64,000 nucleotides of DNA from Microthyrium microscopicum (lineage: Eukaryota). The notes under the pieces were generated by a model. It ran no database searches. It was not told the DNA's origin and was given only the letters and a program-made list of their open reading frames with translations. Where the stretch lies: contig MU004234.1 in NCBI GenBank assembly GCA_010405405.1, positions 2,267,697 through 2,331,696 on the forward strand, written 5' to 3'. This document shows positions 25,946 through 39,083 of this stretch, in pieces. Each line of letters opens with the position of its first letter. Within the stretch, counting starts at the first letter, position 1. Made by a program: the position numbers and the translations under genes.

Positions 25946-27125
25946 ATCAACTTACACGTTCTACACTACATCGTTCTTAGCTAAAATAACTATTTTACCT
26001 TTTTTGACCCCTTCTTTTATAACGAATAATAAGATAACTAATACATAATATAGCCTAAAATTTAGGCTATATAATCTCCTTATTCTTAGCTATCTACCTA
26101 TATCAAAATCTTCTTTGCGTCTTTTCTAGTCATCTTATAATCTCTTATTAAAGTTTAGTAATAAAAAAGTTAACTTTTTTTTTAACTTAGTATTATTATA
26201 TAACGAAAGATTATAGAAAAAAAAGAACGAATTTTATAAATACGTTAAGATATAATCTTTCTATAGTAAGAGTTTTAAGATATAAGATTACTAAATAGGC
26301 TTAAATATATATATTAAAAACTATTATACTTTTTAAAATAGTTAAGCTAGGCCCCCTTTTAGACTATAAAATAAGAGGATTTCTAAAGAGTTATATAGTA
26401 GATATTAAAGCCTAAAAATTAAACTATATATAGATATACTTTAAAATTATAGCCTTTTATAAGAAAATTACTTATAGCTATTTTAGTTATTAAGATATTT
26501 AATAGATTATAAAGTATAATTTTTTTATTAAGCTAGGTATAATATAGATCTTATAAGTATCTCTTAGGTTCTAATTTAGAGTTAGAGAGCGTTAGTAACT
26601 ATTAATAATAAGACGCTAACCTAAATTAGAGCCTAAGTACGCTAAGGTAATAGCTATGTACTATATTAGGCTAAGTATAAGGCTAACTAATCAAAACCCT
26701 AATTAATACATCCCTGCCTCTAACTAAAGCTTAAATAATACTCTACTAGTTAACTCCCTATTATCTTATTAAGCGACGAGCCTAATGTGCTTTATTATAG
26801 TAGTTATTTTCAAGGCTACTAACCTGCTTTAGGATTATTTTGAAGGACTAAGTAATTTCAATAAAATAGTACGCCTAAAAGAGGTCTAGATAAGTATTTA
26901 GCTTACTATCTTAGTATTAGTTCTAAGCTAAATTAACTAACTAATAATTATATTCTTTACTAATAAATTAACTTAATAACTAATTAATGACTATAGATTT
27001 TATTAAAGATCTAGCCTAAATCTAATAGGATCTATAAATACCTACTTAATTCTTATCTACCCCTTTTTTCTTATTTAACTTCTTAACCCTCTTTAAGATC
27101 TCTCCTTTTTTGTCTTATTCTAAAG

Positions 27126-28180
27126 ATGCCTTAATCTTTTCCTTCTCTTCTAGTAGGACTAGAACTAAGAAAATAACTCGTAATTAGAAGATCTAGATCT
27201 ATATCTTATTCTTTAAAGCTAAATAGAACAATTAGTAAATTACTAATTATATATAGATTACTATTAACTAAGTTTATTATGCTTATTTAGCTCCTAAACC
27301 TACTCCTAGTAAGAGAACTAGCTAAAAGCTTATCTTATTAATGGCTTAGACTAACGAGCTTATTAACTTTATTTCTAATAGCTACTAAGATTATAAAATA
27401 ATCTTTATTAAGCTTACTAAAGGCCCTTTTACTTATTAGTAAGTTTCTAATAGGGCTATTAAGAACGCCTTAGCCCTCCGTAGCTATAATAGAAGAATTA
27501 CTTTAGGGAAGCCTTTTCTTACTATTAAAACTAAGGCTAAACGCCTAGCTTAGGCTTAATATTAACTTTACTAAACTCTTTTTTAATAGAATTCTATTAT
27601 TTAGAGTAATAAGACTTAGGTTAATAATAAGTATTAAAAGTAATAAATTACTTATAAATTTAGTAAATCCTTTATTAATACTTATGTCTTTAATAAGGCT
27701 ATTTATTATAAAGGCTAGATATTTTAGAATTTAATTCTAGGTAGAAAGAAAGGCTTATCTCTTATTTAAAATAAGAAGTAGAAAAGCATAATAGTAAAAG
27801 CCTATTTTAAGCGAATTCTTTTACTTATTAAGGAGTTCTTTTACGCTAAGCTAGAAGTAATACTTTTTATATATAATAGAGCCCTATCTTATTAGGTAAA
27901 GCTAATAAAAGCTACTATAGCTACTATAGATTTAATAGCTATAGAATTTCTACCTTATAGCCTAGATTTAAATCTAATTAAATATATTTAGGCTACTATA
28001 AAGTATATTATCTAACGTAAATATAGTTCTTACCCTTTACTAACGTCTTAATAACTATAAGTAGCTATTAAAGCTGCTTAAATTATTATTAATAAAAACT
28101 ATATTAAACGGCTTATTAAAAGTATACTAGCTCGTTACTAAGCTATTATAGATATATAGGAAGGATATACTTGCTACTAA
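27126..28180 (+). pseudogene. Tc1-like DDE transposase relic
   Basis: Reversing C>T/G>A changes gives HTH TRDQKIQI..QIA..QV.YA..PTP.KRTGR, PPYSPDLNPIEHIW (27950-27991) and C-terminal SMPARCQAVIDAQ.GYT.Y*. Confidence 0.85.
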
Positions 28181-28497
28181 TTTAATTTAATTAATTAATT
28201 AATTATATTAAATCTATATTAAATTACTAAAATAGGCTAGATCTATATTAATAGAGAGATAGCAAACGGGCGTTAGAAATTATATAAAATAGTATAAAAT
28301 ATATACGTTATGGTTATATAGCATACGGAATATAACACGTTTAGACCACCCCCTATTCGCTTAATAATTAAACAGGGGGTGAACCAAGTACTTTTACGCA
28401 GCGCGCTGACCTTCAACTTTCAACTTTCAACTCATCGCCATCTACACCAACTAGAGCCACCTCACCTAACAATATTACAATCTTTTGACAATAGAGT

Positions 28498-29190
28498 ATG
28501 GCCGACCACCGCGCCCTCCTCCGCGCCGAAAAAGCCTCCCGCGCAGCACCCAAACCAAAACCAGAACCAACCCCATCAAGCAAAAAGCGCAAAGCATCAC
28601 CCATCACAACCCCCGATGACAACGACACGCATAAACGCACCAAACAAACCTCCCTCTCGCCTCAACCACCAGCTCTCCCATCACCCACCACCGCACAACC
28701 ACCTACCATCCCTCAACCATCCACAGCCACCACACCCCCTCCAGAACCCACCTTACCACCTACCACAGAGCCCATCATCGACGAAGACGAATGGGCTGCC
28801 TTCCAAAATGACATTGCTCTCGCTGAAGCTCCAGCCCAAGCCACAACGATCTCTCGACCGGCTATGAGTGCGGCGGAGATAGCGAAGGCTGAGCGCGAGG
28901 AAGCGACGGCGGCGTTCAGGAATGATGTGGCGGAGGAGAAGGAGGAGGCTAGTAGGGCGTTGGTGGAGGAGTTGGAGGAGATGGCGGGGTATGATGAGCG
29001 GGTTAAGGTGTTGAGGGAACGGAGGGAGAAGTTGAGAATGGGAGGGGGAGAGAATGAGGTGAATGGAAGCAGGGAAGACGGTGGAGAGAATGGTGCGATT
29101 GATGGGGATGGGGAGAAGAAAGAAAACGTGGATGGAGAGAGCGAGGGTAGTGAGGATGAAGAGTTTGATGATTGGGGATTTGGACATTGA
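28498..29190 (+). CDS. ZNF830/CCDC16-like coiled-coil protein (no zinc finger seen)
   Basis: MAD.RALLR.E.ASR, KKRK NLS, DEDEWAAFQ.DIA, E.EEM....ERV..LRERREKLR, acidic DDW tail. Confidence 0.7.
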   Translation: MADHRALLRAEKASRAAPKPKPEPTPSSKKRKASPITTPDDNDTHKRTKQTSLSPQPPALPSPTTAQPPTIPQPSTATTPPPEPTLPPTTEPIIDEDEWAAFQNDIALAEAPAQATTISRPAMSAAEIAKAEREEATAAFRNDVAEEKEEASRALVEELEEMAGYDERVKVLRERREKLRMGGGENEVNGSREDGGENGAIDGDGEKKENVDGESEGSEDEEFDDWGFGH

Positions 29191-31291
29191 AGATGAGGCT
29201 CAGGTTGATGCATGCTGATGTATCAATGGACCTTGACGCTGATGGACCCAAACTCCTCGACGTCAAACGGACAGACTTTGAAGGCATTGATTCCCTTCAC
29301 CACGACGCTACCAAACCTCTGATCCTATGTCGAAAAGGGTAACATCACTCAGGGAAGCTTGTGGTCAGAACATCGTGGCCGTTTCTATGCATTTCCCTGC
29401 AGGGAAAACTCATGGCCCATTGAACAGAAAAGTTCCCGTTCTGAGACGACACGACGCTATGGTCTAGTTAGAGAGTCGAGACCAGTACCAGCTATTTATG
29501 GACTATATAAACGGAATACCAAAGGTTGAGGATGGAAGGGGATTGTTGGTGATAGAGATTGGAAAGCCAAAGTTAATGATTAGATTGATACCCCACAGTT
29601 TTCTGATACAGCTGGGAGATGACGGATCAAGGAAATACATTCCAGTACCGGGCCAGTGAAGCTTTTAACAAGTTGCTTGGGTGTCACTCTGGGGTAGAGT
29701 GGGTAAGCGGGTAGGGCCTTGCGGCAATGTTTCAACACGTCGACAACCTGATACACGAGAGGCCCAAAGCGGACGTATCGGAGTGAAAATTCGCTCAGCG
29801 TTGCAACAGCAAGCGCATTTCATTGTGGACTTGAACAAAAGCGAAATATAGGCCACTACGAAACCGAGAGCCTGTGGAAAAGAGTCGTTCGTATTGCCTT
29901 GGTAGTCAGCCTTGTCAAAGTCAAGCTTTGTTGAAGCATAGAGTATCCGCAAGTATATAACAATTGTTATTAAGACAAGCGTTTCTCTTCTGTAGCCATG
30001 GAAGCTTGTGCCTTACCCGCGGTAAGCATTATCTGTAAGAGAAGATTCTAGCTCTCGCTTCTTTGACGAAAGCTCCTACTGGCCCTTCATTTACCGTCTA
30101 CAATCACGTACAACGATGGATTGGAGCTAAGAGATTGATATTTGAAAGCAAGTGGATTAAATTGTAAATAAAGGGAAGGTGTTTTCGCTCCCTGAGAATT
30201 GCAACTGTGCAAGTATCAGCCGCAGGCCTTGTTGCTCTCCTTCAATCATTGGAGCTGTGTTGGCCCATTGGAGTCTCCTATTCGATTATAAACATTGGGC
30301 CTCTTGGATAGGTCACTCAAATTGCTTGGTATTCTTTTCCAGCCATCTCCTGTCTCATTACCTTATTATTTCTTTTCCCTTGTGGGATTGATTGATATCA
30401 AGCTTGGATATGAGGCTGGTTGTTACAACAGTATATATCTGAGTTGGATTCGCTGCGTTGATTTCTCTACAACCTGTACGGTCTTTTTTGGTACGCTACT
30501 CTCGGAGGCAATTGACCGTTGGCTTCACTTGCTGTTGTTGTCAAAGGTATCGCTGGCAGGTCCATTTTTCACGATCATTGATTCCATCCTTCATTCATCC
30601 TTCAACCCCTCTTTCACTGCATCAATACGCACATAGTTCTGGAATCTGGATCCAGTCAACACGCGAGATACACCTAGCCCAAGTCACTCTGTCGCTTGCC
30701 ATTCTTCGCACATTCTTAGCTGCAGCTGTCACCGTCCTCGTGCTCATCTGCTACTACATAGTACTTTTTGACCTGGATCTCGCATTGGCTAAACAGCATC
30801 TGTCCGGATATCGTACTGCTCATACATCATCCATTAACACAACCTCAACCAGGGCATCTACCCAATAACCGGAGAATAAAACCCGCTGGTTCGGAACTGC
30901 TGGCATTGCTGCGTCAACTTTGCACATCATACATCATTGGCTTATCACCAACCTTTTCATTTCAGCAACATGTCTTCAGTATGTCTCATTCCTGTTATTT
31001 TTGTTACCATCAGAATTGCAAGCACTTCACATGCATTCATACGGACTTTGAAAGCGCGGGGTTGGTCCGAGTCGATGAAGCCATGTGTGCCAAACATTAG
31101 TGATGCACCCATCCGATGGTGCATCCATGTCCTTGATCTTGCATCTGGGACCTTAACCATCCCTCCTCTTGCAGCTCACAGCTCGCCTCATCAATTCTTC
31201 CCTATTCCTTTTCCGCTCTTCTACTCCACCTCCTCCTAAGTTAGTCTTACATCTCGCTGATTATTGATCATCATAGAACGCACCCTATTTG

Positions 31292-33184
31292 ATGCCCTCA
31301 TCATCATGTCCTCCCCAACTCACCTTCACTGGAGATAACTCCGATGACCACTCCATCCAAACATCCCACCATGAATCTCTAGCTCAGACGCCTGTTTCGC
31401 TATCTGGCGATCCTGTCCTTCTCTCCTCTATCGATCGTTCAGAGTCTGAACTTGATAATAGACCGAAGACAGCACCTGGGATCCACACCTCTCCTCGTCT
31501 AAACGGACTCAGCTTGCCGCCCGCTCCGAGCCCCTTGACCGCCCTACCAAAACATATCGCGTCCTACTCCAAGCGACACAGAAAGAGCGCGAGCTCAATT
31601 GACTCCTCATCCGTTCCGACACAGACAATCATGAAGGCACTTGTCACTCGGCCACCGCCAAACTCACAGTCCGCCATCAACACCATCCGCTCATTACGCA
31701 TTGGTAATCCCAAGAGCGACGATACCACAATGGCCCGCGCACGCCGTTTGTCAGAAGCCCTGTCGGAGCTACATTTAGAGTCGGATAGCATGGAAGCATC
31801 AATAGGAAGACTATCTGCGCTTAATTCGCCGTGTTTTTACCATAGGCGGTTTGAAGAGTCGGTCGATATAAATAGAGTTTTGGAAGAACTGGAAGACGAC
31901 GGATTCCTTTCTCATACGCGCTTCATGCAAACCGCTACTGGTGTCCGCGAAGTCAGCAGGCAGCTACAACGCAAACCAATGAAGCAAGCGGTCCGCAATA
32001 TCATGATCGTCACCAAGGCTCGCGATAATGATCTTGTCCTCCTCACCCGCCAACTCGCCGAGTGGTTGCTCACTACTCCACGATACGATTCGGACATTGG
32101 AGTGACTGTCTATGTCGACGCCAAGCTCAAGCGATCGCGCCGCTTTGGTGCCGAAAGTCTAGCTGCACTCGATCCCCGCTTCGCTACTAATTTGCGATAC
32201 TGGACGCCGGATATGTGCTGGAGCAGTCCGGAGCGATTTGACCTCGTGTTGACTCTCGGAGGCGACGGAACAGTTCTATATACTAGCTCGCTATTTCAGC
32301 GCATCGTTCCACCCATCCTACCCTTCTCATTAGGCTCTCTCGGCTTTCTGACTAATTTCGAATTCAACTCTTATAGAGATACACTCAACGCCGTCATGGG
32401 TGACGCCGGAATGCGCGTAAACCTTCGTATGCGTTTCACCTGCACAGTGTACCGCGCAGGATCCGCACCACCTGGCTCACCCGTCGAAGCGGAGCAATTC
32501 GAAGTCCTCAACGAGGTATGTTGTCCTCCCAGTCGCTTTCCGTTCACCACTAACAAATACCTATAGGTAGTAGTTGACCGCGGTCCATCGCCTTACGTCT
32601 CCAACCTCGAAATTTACGGCGACAACAATCTCCTCACCGTTGTCCAAGCCGATGGCTGCATTTTCAGCACACCCACCGGCTCCACCGCTTACTCCCTATC
32701 CGCCGGCGGATCCCTCGTACACCCTGACATCCCCGCCATCTTGCTCACGCCCATCTGTCCTCACACGCTCTCCTTCCGACCTATGCTCCTTCGCGACTCT
32801 ATGGCGCTCCGTATCGCTGTCCCACGTAATAGTCGCGCTACAGCATATGCGGCGTTTGACGGCAAGGCTCGTGTGGAACTCAGGGAAGGCGATTATGTGA
32901 CCATTGCGGCAAGCCAATATCCGTTCCCGACGGTCTTATCAAGGGAGACGGAGTGGATTGACAGTATTTCAAGAACATTGCGGTGGAACACAAGAGGCGC
33001 GGCGCAAAAAGGCTGGGTTAGAGGTGACGACTTTGCCCTTGGCGAAGAGGAGGGTGAGCCCGAGTTTGATATCGATTTTGAAGAGGATGGTGGTGATTCA
33101 GGGTACAGTGGCGAGGGGAGTAGCGCAGGTTTTGGCGCCTCGAGTCCGACTAAGGGCCGGAGGGTTGAGGGAGCAATGTTCTAG
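31292..33184 (+). CDS. ATP-NAD(H) kinase (Utr1/Yef1-like)
   Basis: TLGGDGT, GSLGFLT, VLNE-VVVDRGP across intron 32516-32566, ADG..STPTGSTAYSLSAGG, TPICPHTLSFRP. Confidence 0.93.
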
Positions 33185-33705
33185 CAGTAACGTGGAAGTT
33201 TGGATGTGTTCTAGTTGGGGGAGATGGGGGGAACGTCATGATTGTGATTACTGTTTGGTGATACCCGATAGATCGACTTAGAAAGAAAGATACGATGCAC
33301 TTGATGTGCTTGTTGGATGGCTGGGTAGAGGGGGTTATGATGATATGAATATATGATCTTTTTGGTCACATTGATGATACCGTTGGTGTTGCGATTTCAT
33401 CTCGAATTCGGGTATGATCTTGAATTATTCGAAAGACAGTACATGGTTCATCTGTACATACATCATAGAATTCGGACCCGATTTGAGCGTTAGCAAATCC
33501 TCCATAACGGGCGTCTATCAACCCGTGTTTATGCCACTATTGTGACGTTTCTTGGTTTCTACTGCTGTGCACGAACACGAATCGCGATGGCCAACTGCCG
33601 CCCTCCTCCATCTCATTCTCCTTTTAAGTAAAGCCATGTCCCCAACGCATCCCATCATCATGTTGCACCTGTGTAGTTGTTTCCATTGCCTTGGCTATAT
33701 GCGAG

Positions 33706-36700
33706 ATGGTCGAAGGCACTCGTACAATGCGTGAAGCTGCCGCCAGGCTGATCCATCAGTTGCGCGCGCAGAATGGGCCGATTACAGCAGCGGATAGAGA
33801 ATTTTTAAGAGCTAGGCCGGACCTTCTTAGGAATCTTAATTCTGCATATAGACAAAGAGGCACAGATCTTCAATCGTAAGTTGTGAAAATCTGGAGATTT
33901 AGATGAGCTTCTAAGTTCATCCTGTCAGACGATTCGACAGTCTACATAGCACGACCACTGGATATCTTTATGAACTTATCCGGAACGTTGATCAGTGCTG
34001 CTTTGGTAAGGCTGCATCTGAAAACAAAGTGCCAGAGCTGAGCATCATTTTATATTCGGATCGACTTGTCATCCAGTCCAACGAGGATGGGTTCACTGAA
34101 GCTGATGTAGAAGATATTTGCTCTGCTGGGGAGACTCTGCCTCGTGAGGCTGGGTTATATGCTGGACAAAACGGATTTGGCTTCAAGTCTGTCTTCAGCA
34201 TCGCCCAGACGATCCATATCCAATCTGAGCCGTTTTCATTTGCTTTCCACCATAAACGAGGAGACGATAATCACTGATCTGAGATGATTACGCCGCACAA
34301 TGAGAGCTTTTTTGACCTACCAGAAGGAGTCCAGACTCGTATCACACTGGAATTTTTGGAAGACCTTGACTTGGAATCGCTACAAGCACAATTGTCCGAA
34401 TTTGACGGCAAATATCTACTTTTCCAGAAACGATTGTCGCTGATCTCAATCAAAATTGTAGGATTAGACAATCAAGCTACCCTACATCGTATTTACTATA
34501 TTATCGCCTCTGAGAGCCATCGTGTACTTCGGATGCAGAATGGATTGGACTCCTCTATCACATTCAACTACTATTGGGTCGCAAAAGTAACTGTCTCAGA
34601 CATGCCAGAAGAACCAACGCGGATAATGATCAAGGAGACCGATGTGACACTAGCGTTTCCCTTGGATGAGTTCGGAATGCCTCTGATTTCCAATCAGCCG
34701 CTGTTTGGAGCTCTTCCGCTGCCATCCTTCGGTCACAAGGTTCGTTAAATACTTCATGGGTCAGCTTCTAGTAACGAATCCTAACAATATATGTAGTTTA
34801 TCATCCATGCCGATCTACTGTTGAAAGCTGGAGAGCAAGGCATACTGCATGCAATACCCTGGAACGTCCATTTGATAATGAAGGTTGCCTGGGCCTTTTT
34901 TAAAGCCATATCGTCATTCCTCGGCCATACACAGCTCATAAACCATTGGGTTCAATACCTACCTCTGGACGACAGCCTCTCCTCACATGCATGGCGTGTG
35001 GCTAACGAGACACTTTTCGAAGTATTAAGACCTCTCACGATTTTCAAATCTGACGTACCGAAAATTCACTTGGCCAAAGATCTTAGAATCGTGCCATTGA
35101 AATACCGAGATCTACATGGGGTACCACTTCTAAGAGATCTTGGTGATGAGAAGTGCGCGTATGTGTCCCATGAATATAACGCTGTTGACCTTGAGGTCTT
35201 GAAAGAATTGGGTCTCAAAGAGCTCTCGGAGAGTTCGCGTATCGCATGGTTGGTGACCTGGAGAGCTCAGAACCTCGATTCAAAACAAGGTCGAATGACG
35301 TTGGATGGAGTTCTCGGATGGCGGACCTGATCTCAACATTACTGGACCAAGATGAATATGTCGCCGGCTTCAAGGCAGCCCCTTTCATTCCCCTTAAAAA
35401 TGGATCATGGACTTCCGCGAAAACAACTCCATATCTAGCGATCGACAGTTGTGGAAGCATCGGTATACCAGAAGACTTTGGTCTAAGCATTGTCGAGCCA
35501 AATGCAGTCAGTGTCCCAAGTCGAAAGAAGCTGTTCTTGAAGCTCGGAGTCAAGGAGTACTTTCCCAAAGACGTATTTCCTCTCATTGAACAAACCTATC
35601 GAACAGGCACTGTCTCCCGTAACAATTCTTTCAGTCATATCAAATTCCTGTTCTGGAACCACGACAAACTTCCTCATTCAGGCGTAGCGATCAAGATCCG
35701 ATCCAAGGATCCTCATGCCGGTCCTGCTGAGCCTGATATGTTTTTGATAGACGATAGATCTCGCGGCTGGACATACAACCCATGGTCCACTTTCAACAAG
35801 CACTCCGCGATACAACTATTGGGCGCGACTTTGCCAGCCGAGTTAGCTGGCTGTTGCCAATATCCCGATTTTGGCTATCATCTACAGCTGGCACCCATGG
35901 AGGTGCGCCACCTTTGCCTTGGAACGAAATGGTTTATTACGTTTATTGGAGCATTGGAATATCCTCAACTTTGCTCTAGGGTAGACTCAAAAATGAGATC
36001 TGCAGAAGTGGAGTATATCGCGAAACACAAACCACAGCACCTTCTCAGAGTTCTGGAAGCTAGCTGGCTCCAATATTATCAAAGCGAAGACTGGGACGAC
36101 TACTTTAAAGCCGTTGAAGTTCCTATCCTTGAATCTGACCAACCTAGAGAGCTGCAGAATACCTGGTTACCATTGCCCAAGCTTCGAGAGATAGTACGCC
36201 GGTATGATCTTGAAGTCGATTTCGGCTTTCTCGCAGAGCTTACAGATATCGGTGATCTCGGTCACTTTACTTTCAGGTTTCTGGATCGATTGGGAGTGGG
36301 AATGGGCGATGATGTTTCATTTTGGCTCCAGCTTTTACGCCAAATCCGTAGAAATGATACTCCAAATCGAAAGTCCGTGTTTGAGATCTACGAACGTATT
36401 CAGAGCCTTGGAAACCAACATGGCGACCAAATCAGGTAACGTTCCTTGCTGTCGTCGATTCATGCAATGCCTGCTGACTGAGGAATGATACAGAAAGGCT
36501 TTCGATGAGGAATCGCTATTTCTCAACACCATCGATGGGCCCCATATAACCTGGAGACGTAGAAGTCATATGGCTTGGGACGGACCTAGTTGGCTGTCGA
36601 CGCCGACTTGCTTGGGTTCTAATCCCCAGTATTCGCACCTACGCCAGCTCTTCAAAGTCACCCTTGCCTTAAACGATGTCGCTGTAAAACACTTCCTTGA

Positions 36701-38774
36701 TGCTCTCAAAGTCACTAAGATGAACTCAGCAGTTTGCTTTCCGCGCATCGGGTACAGTCAGGTCAAGCTGACGTATGCCGAACTTTCAAAAGCTGTGGAC
36801 GGCGGTGCTGATTGAGAGGTTGCGATTCAGATCAAGTACGTACATCATGCGCAAAAAACGCCTCTTACAATTCCCATCTAACGCTGTTAGGCATTTCTTC
36901 GAAGCTGAGGAGCTTATATATCTACCACAATGGGCAACATGGCACGGCCTTCGTGACTGTATCTGGGCCCACGAGCATATCCATATACCTGGGAAAATGA
37001 ACCTGAACCCAGAACATATTGAACACACGATTCTTCGTGGGTATCCGTGGTATCCCAGACCAGACATTCGCCGAACGAGTAAACGCGTTAGTTGAGTTGA
37101 GCGCTGCCAATTCTGAAAGTAAAGTGCGAGATGTTCTGCTTGAAATGCAAAATATTTCCAGCTTCAATCCGACTCCCGACTCATTGATTAATCTTCATGA
37201 CTGCAGGTTTTGGCCCATTACAAGATTCTTCAGCCTATCTGGATACGCTGGGTTTGTGGACCACACAGTAGACTTCGTTATCATGGACCATGCGATTGAT
37301 CGTGAACTTTTCACGGGTAGAATCAATTTATTGGTGTTTATACTGGAAGAACTACCCACTATTAGACCAATTCTACAAGCATTTGATATTACCAACTGAT
37401 TCATCACTGAGAGGGTTGAGCGCACCATTTTCAGACCACAGCCAGGAACGTTTCACCAACACCTCACCAATGACCTACGAAAGAAAGCTCATGCTATATG
37501 TCGGTAAGTCGCTTTCATCCCCTGCTATGGCTGTTCTAGCTGATCACTTTAGTTATGCGGTACATTATGGAAGCAGACGCTTCCGACCCTCACCAGACAT
37601 GCTGTATCAAAAGTTGAAGAATCTTCGGTTTTTCTTATGTCCTCTGCATCCTAATGGAGCTGCTGTCAAATTATCCATGACGGTCGATGGTCAGCTCGTC
37701 GAGGTTGAAAGCGACGAGTCATACTTTGACTTGATCGAAACTGAAAGCTATTTTGAGATTCGGCTGCCATTCCACAGTGAGAATCGAGAAATTCGCATAT
37801 TACGGCAACTCCCTATAGCTTTCCTGAAGATTCTTGGAGTACCAGACCCATTATCAGGAGTAAGTCTAGGCAGTGTTCTCATAGCATCGAGCCTGTTCAG
37901 AGTCAATGCACTATTGAAACAACTCAGAATCATACAAGTTCCAGATATACCAACGATCACCGATGATGATCTTCCTCGATCCTTATCGACTCTGAACCAC
38001 TTGGTACAAGATCTTTCTATTCAACCTAATCAAGTACCGGTTCCAAGTGTGGTCGTACCGACTGTGACAGCCTCGTCTATTCCTCTAGTAACATCACTGG
38101 ACCGGCCAGATCTGTACAGAGAACTTTTGTGTACGGCGGTGTACTTCGCCAGAAATACGGATCTACCTCTCCACAGGGCAATGATAACTACTACCATACC
38201 TGGCATCCCCTTCGACGCAATGACGGCCGTCGAGTCGACTAGCAACGCGAGCCCCAAATTCCGTTACATTGGTGCCGCCGGTGAGCTATTTGCCTACGAA
38301 ATCCTCGCATCTCTGCAACTTCCAGGCTTTGGACTTGACACATGGCAGAGTACGATGCGCAATCATGTCCGACTCCACGATCAATACGCCAATGTACCGT
38401 TTTCCAACGCATATGAAGATGGTGACATATTATACGCGGATACCAGCGGCTTGTTGACACAAAAGCTGATCACGAAAGGCTATCTCGAGGGCCATAGATG
38501 GGTCGGACGCAAGCCAAAGTACTTTTTCGAAGTGAAAACTACTGTTGGGCCGATGGACACTCCATTCTATCCTAGTGCGGATCAGATTTCTATCATGGAG
38601 CGGATGGCGTTAACGAATTATGCGAATCAGAACATTTATGTGATATGGAGAGTCTTTCAACTTGGCAAGTTGGGAATGGGCTTTACGCTGTATGTTGATC
38701 CGTATACTCTTGAGAAGCAGGGTGTTCTGCGATTTGAGTCTGTGGACGGGAAGTGGCAGGTTACGCCAACATGA
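33706..38774 (+). pseudogene. Sacsin/NOV-like GHKL ATPase protein with C-terminal DUF3883-like PD-(D/E)xK domain, disrupted
   Basis: LYELIRNVD, SNEDGFT..DVEDICSAG, GQNGFGFKSVF, FIIHAD; C-terminal IGAAGELFAYE..W.S..R..DI.Y.D..EVKTT..TPFY.S..Q; in-frame TGA at 34275 and 37397; apparent frameshifts near 35232 and 37020. Confidence 0.8.
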
Positions 38775-39083
38775 ACGTCAGCACTAAATCTATCCTTTTG
38801 TGGCTCTTCACTTACTGGGGCTATTGATTAGCTACTAGCTCGTATCTAGGTAGAGTTCATTGAGAAATTACCAACCATCTTTAAGCTTGATATCATTCAT
38901 TAAACTATACAATCTCATGGCAATATGTCACAATGTGTGCTCGCTGTTTAAGCTCTCAAAATATTCAGTCAACAGAGCAGCATTTCGGTGCCAGCACCTA
39001 TGTAGAGACACATCGACGAATAACTAAACTCAAGTCCTGAGTACTGGACGCATTATTGATTGAAAACATTCATATTATTCATG

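Larger units (their letters stand above)
25836..28388 (+). mobile_element. RIP-inactivated Tc1/mariner-type DNA transposon (boundaries inferred)
   Basis: Abrupt AT-rich, TpA-rich block; flanked by TA at 25834-25835 and 28389-28390; contains a transposase relic. Confidence 0.85.

Noticed and set aside
29600..31250. Cluster of plus-strand ORFs upstream of the NAD kinase
   Set aside because: No motif, splice structure or coding-like composition recognised
24776..37399. Selenocysteine or genetic-code reassignment of TGA
   Set aside because: The same genes also have frameshifts, TGA is a normal stop in intact genes here, and no SECIS was recognised
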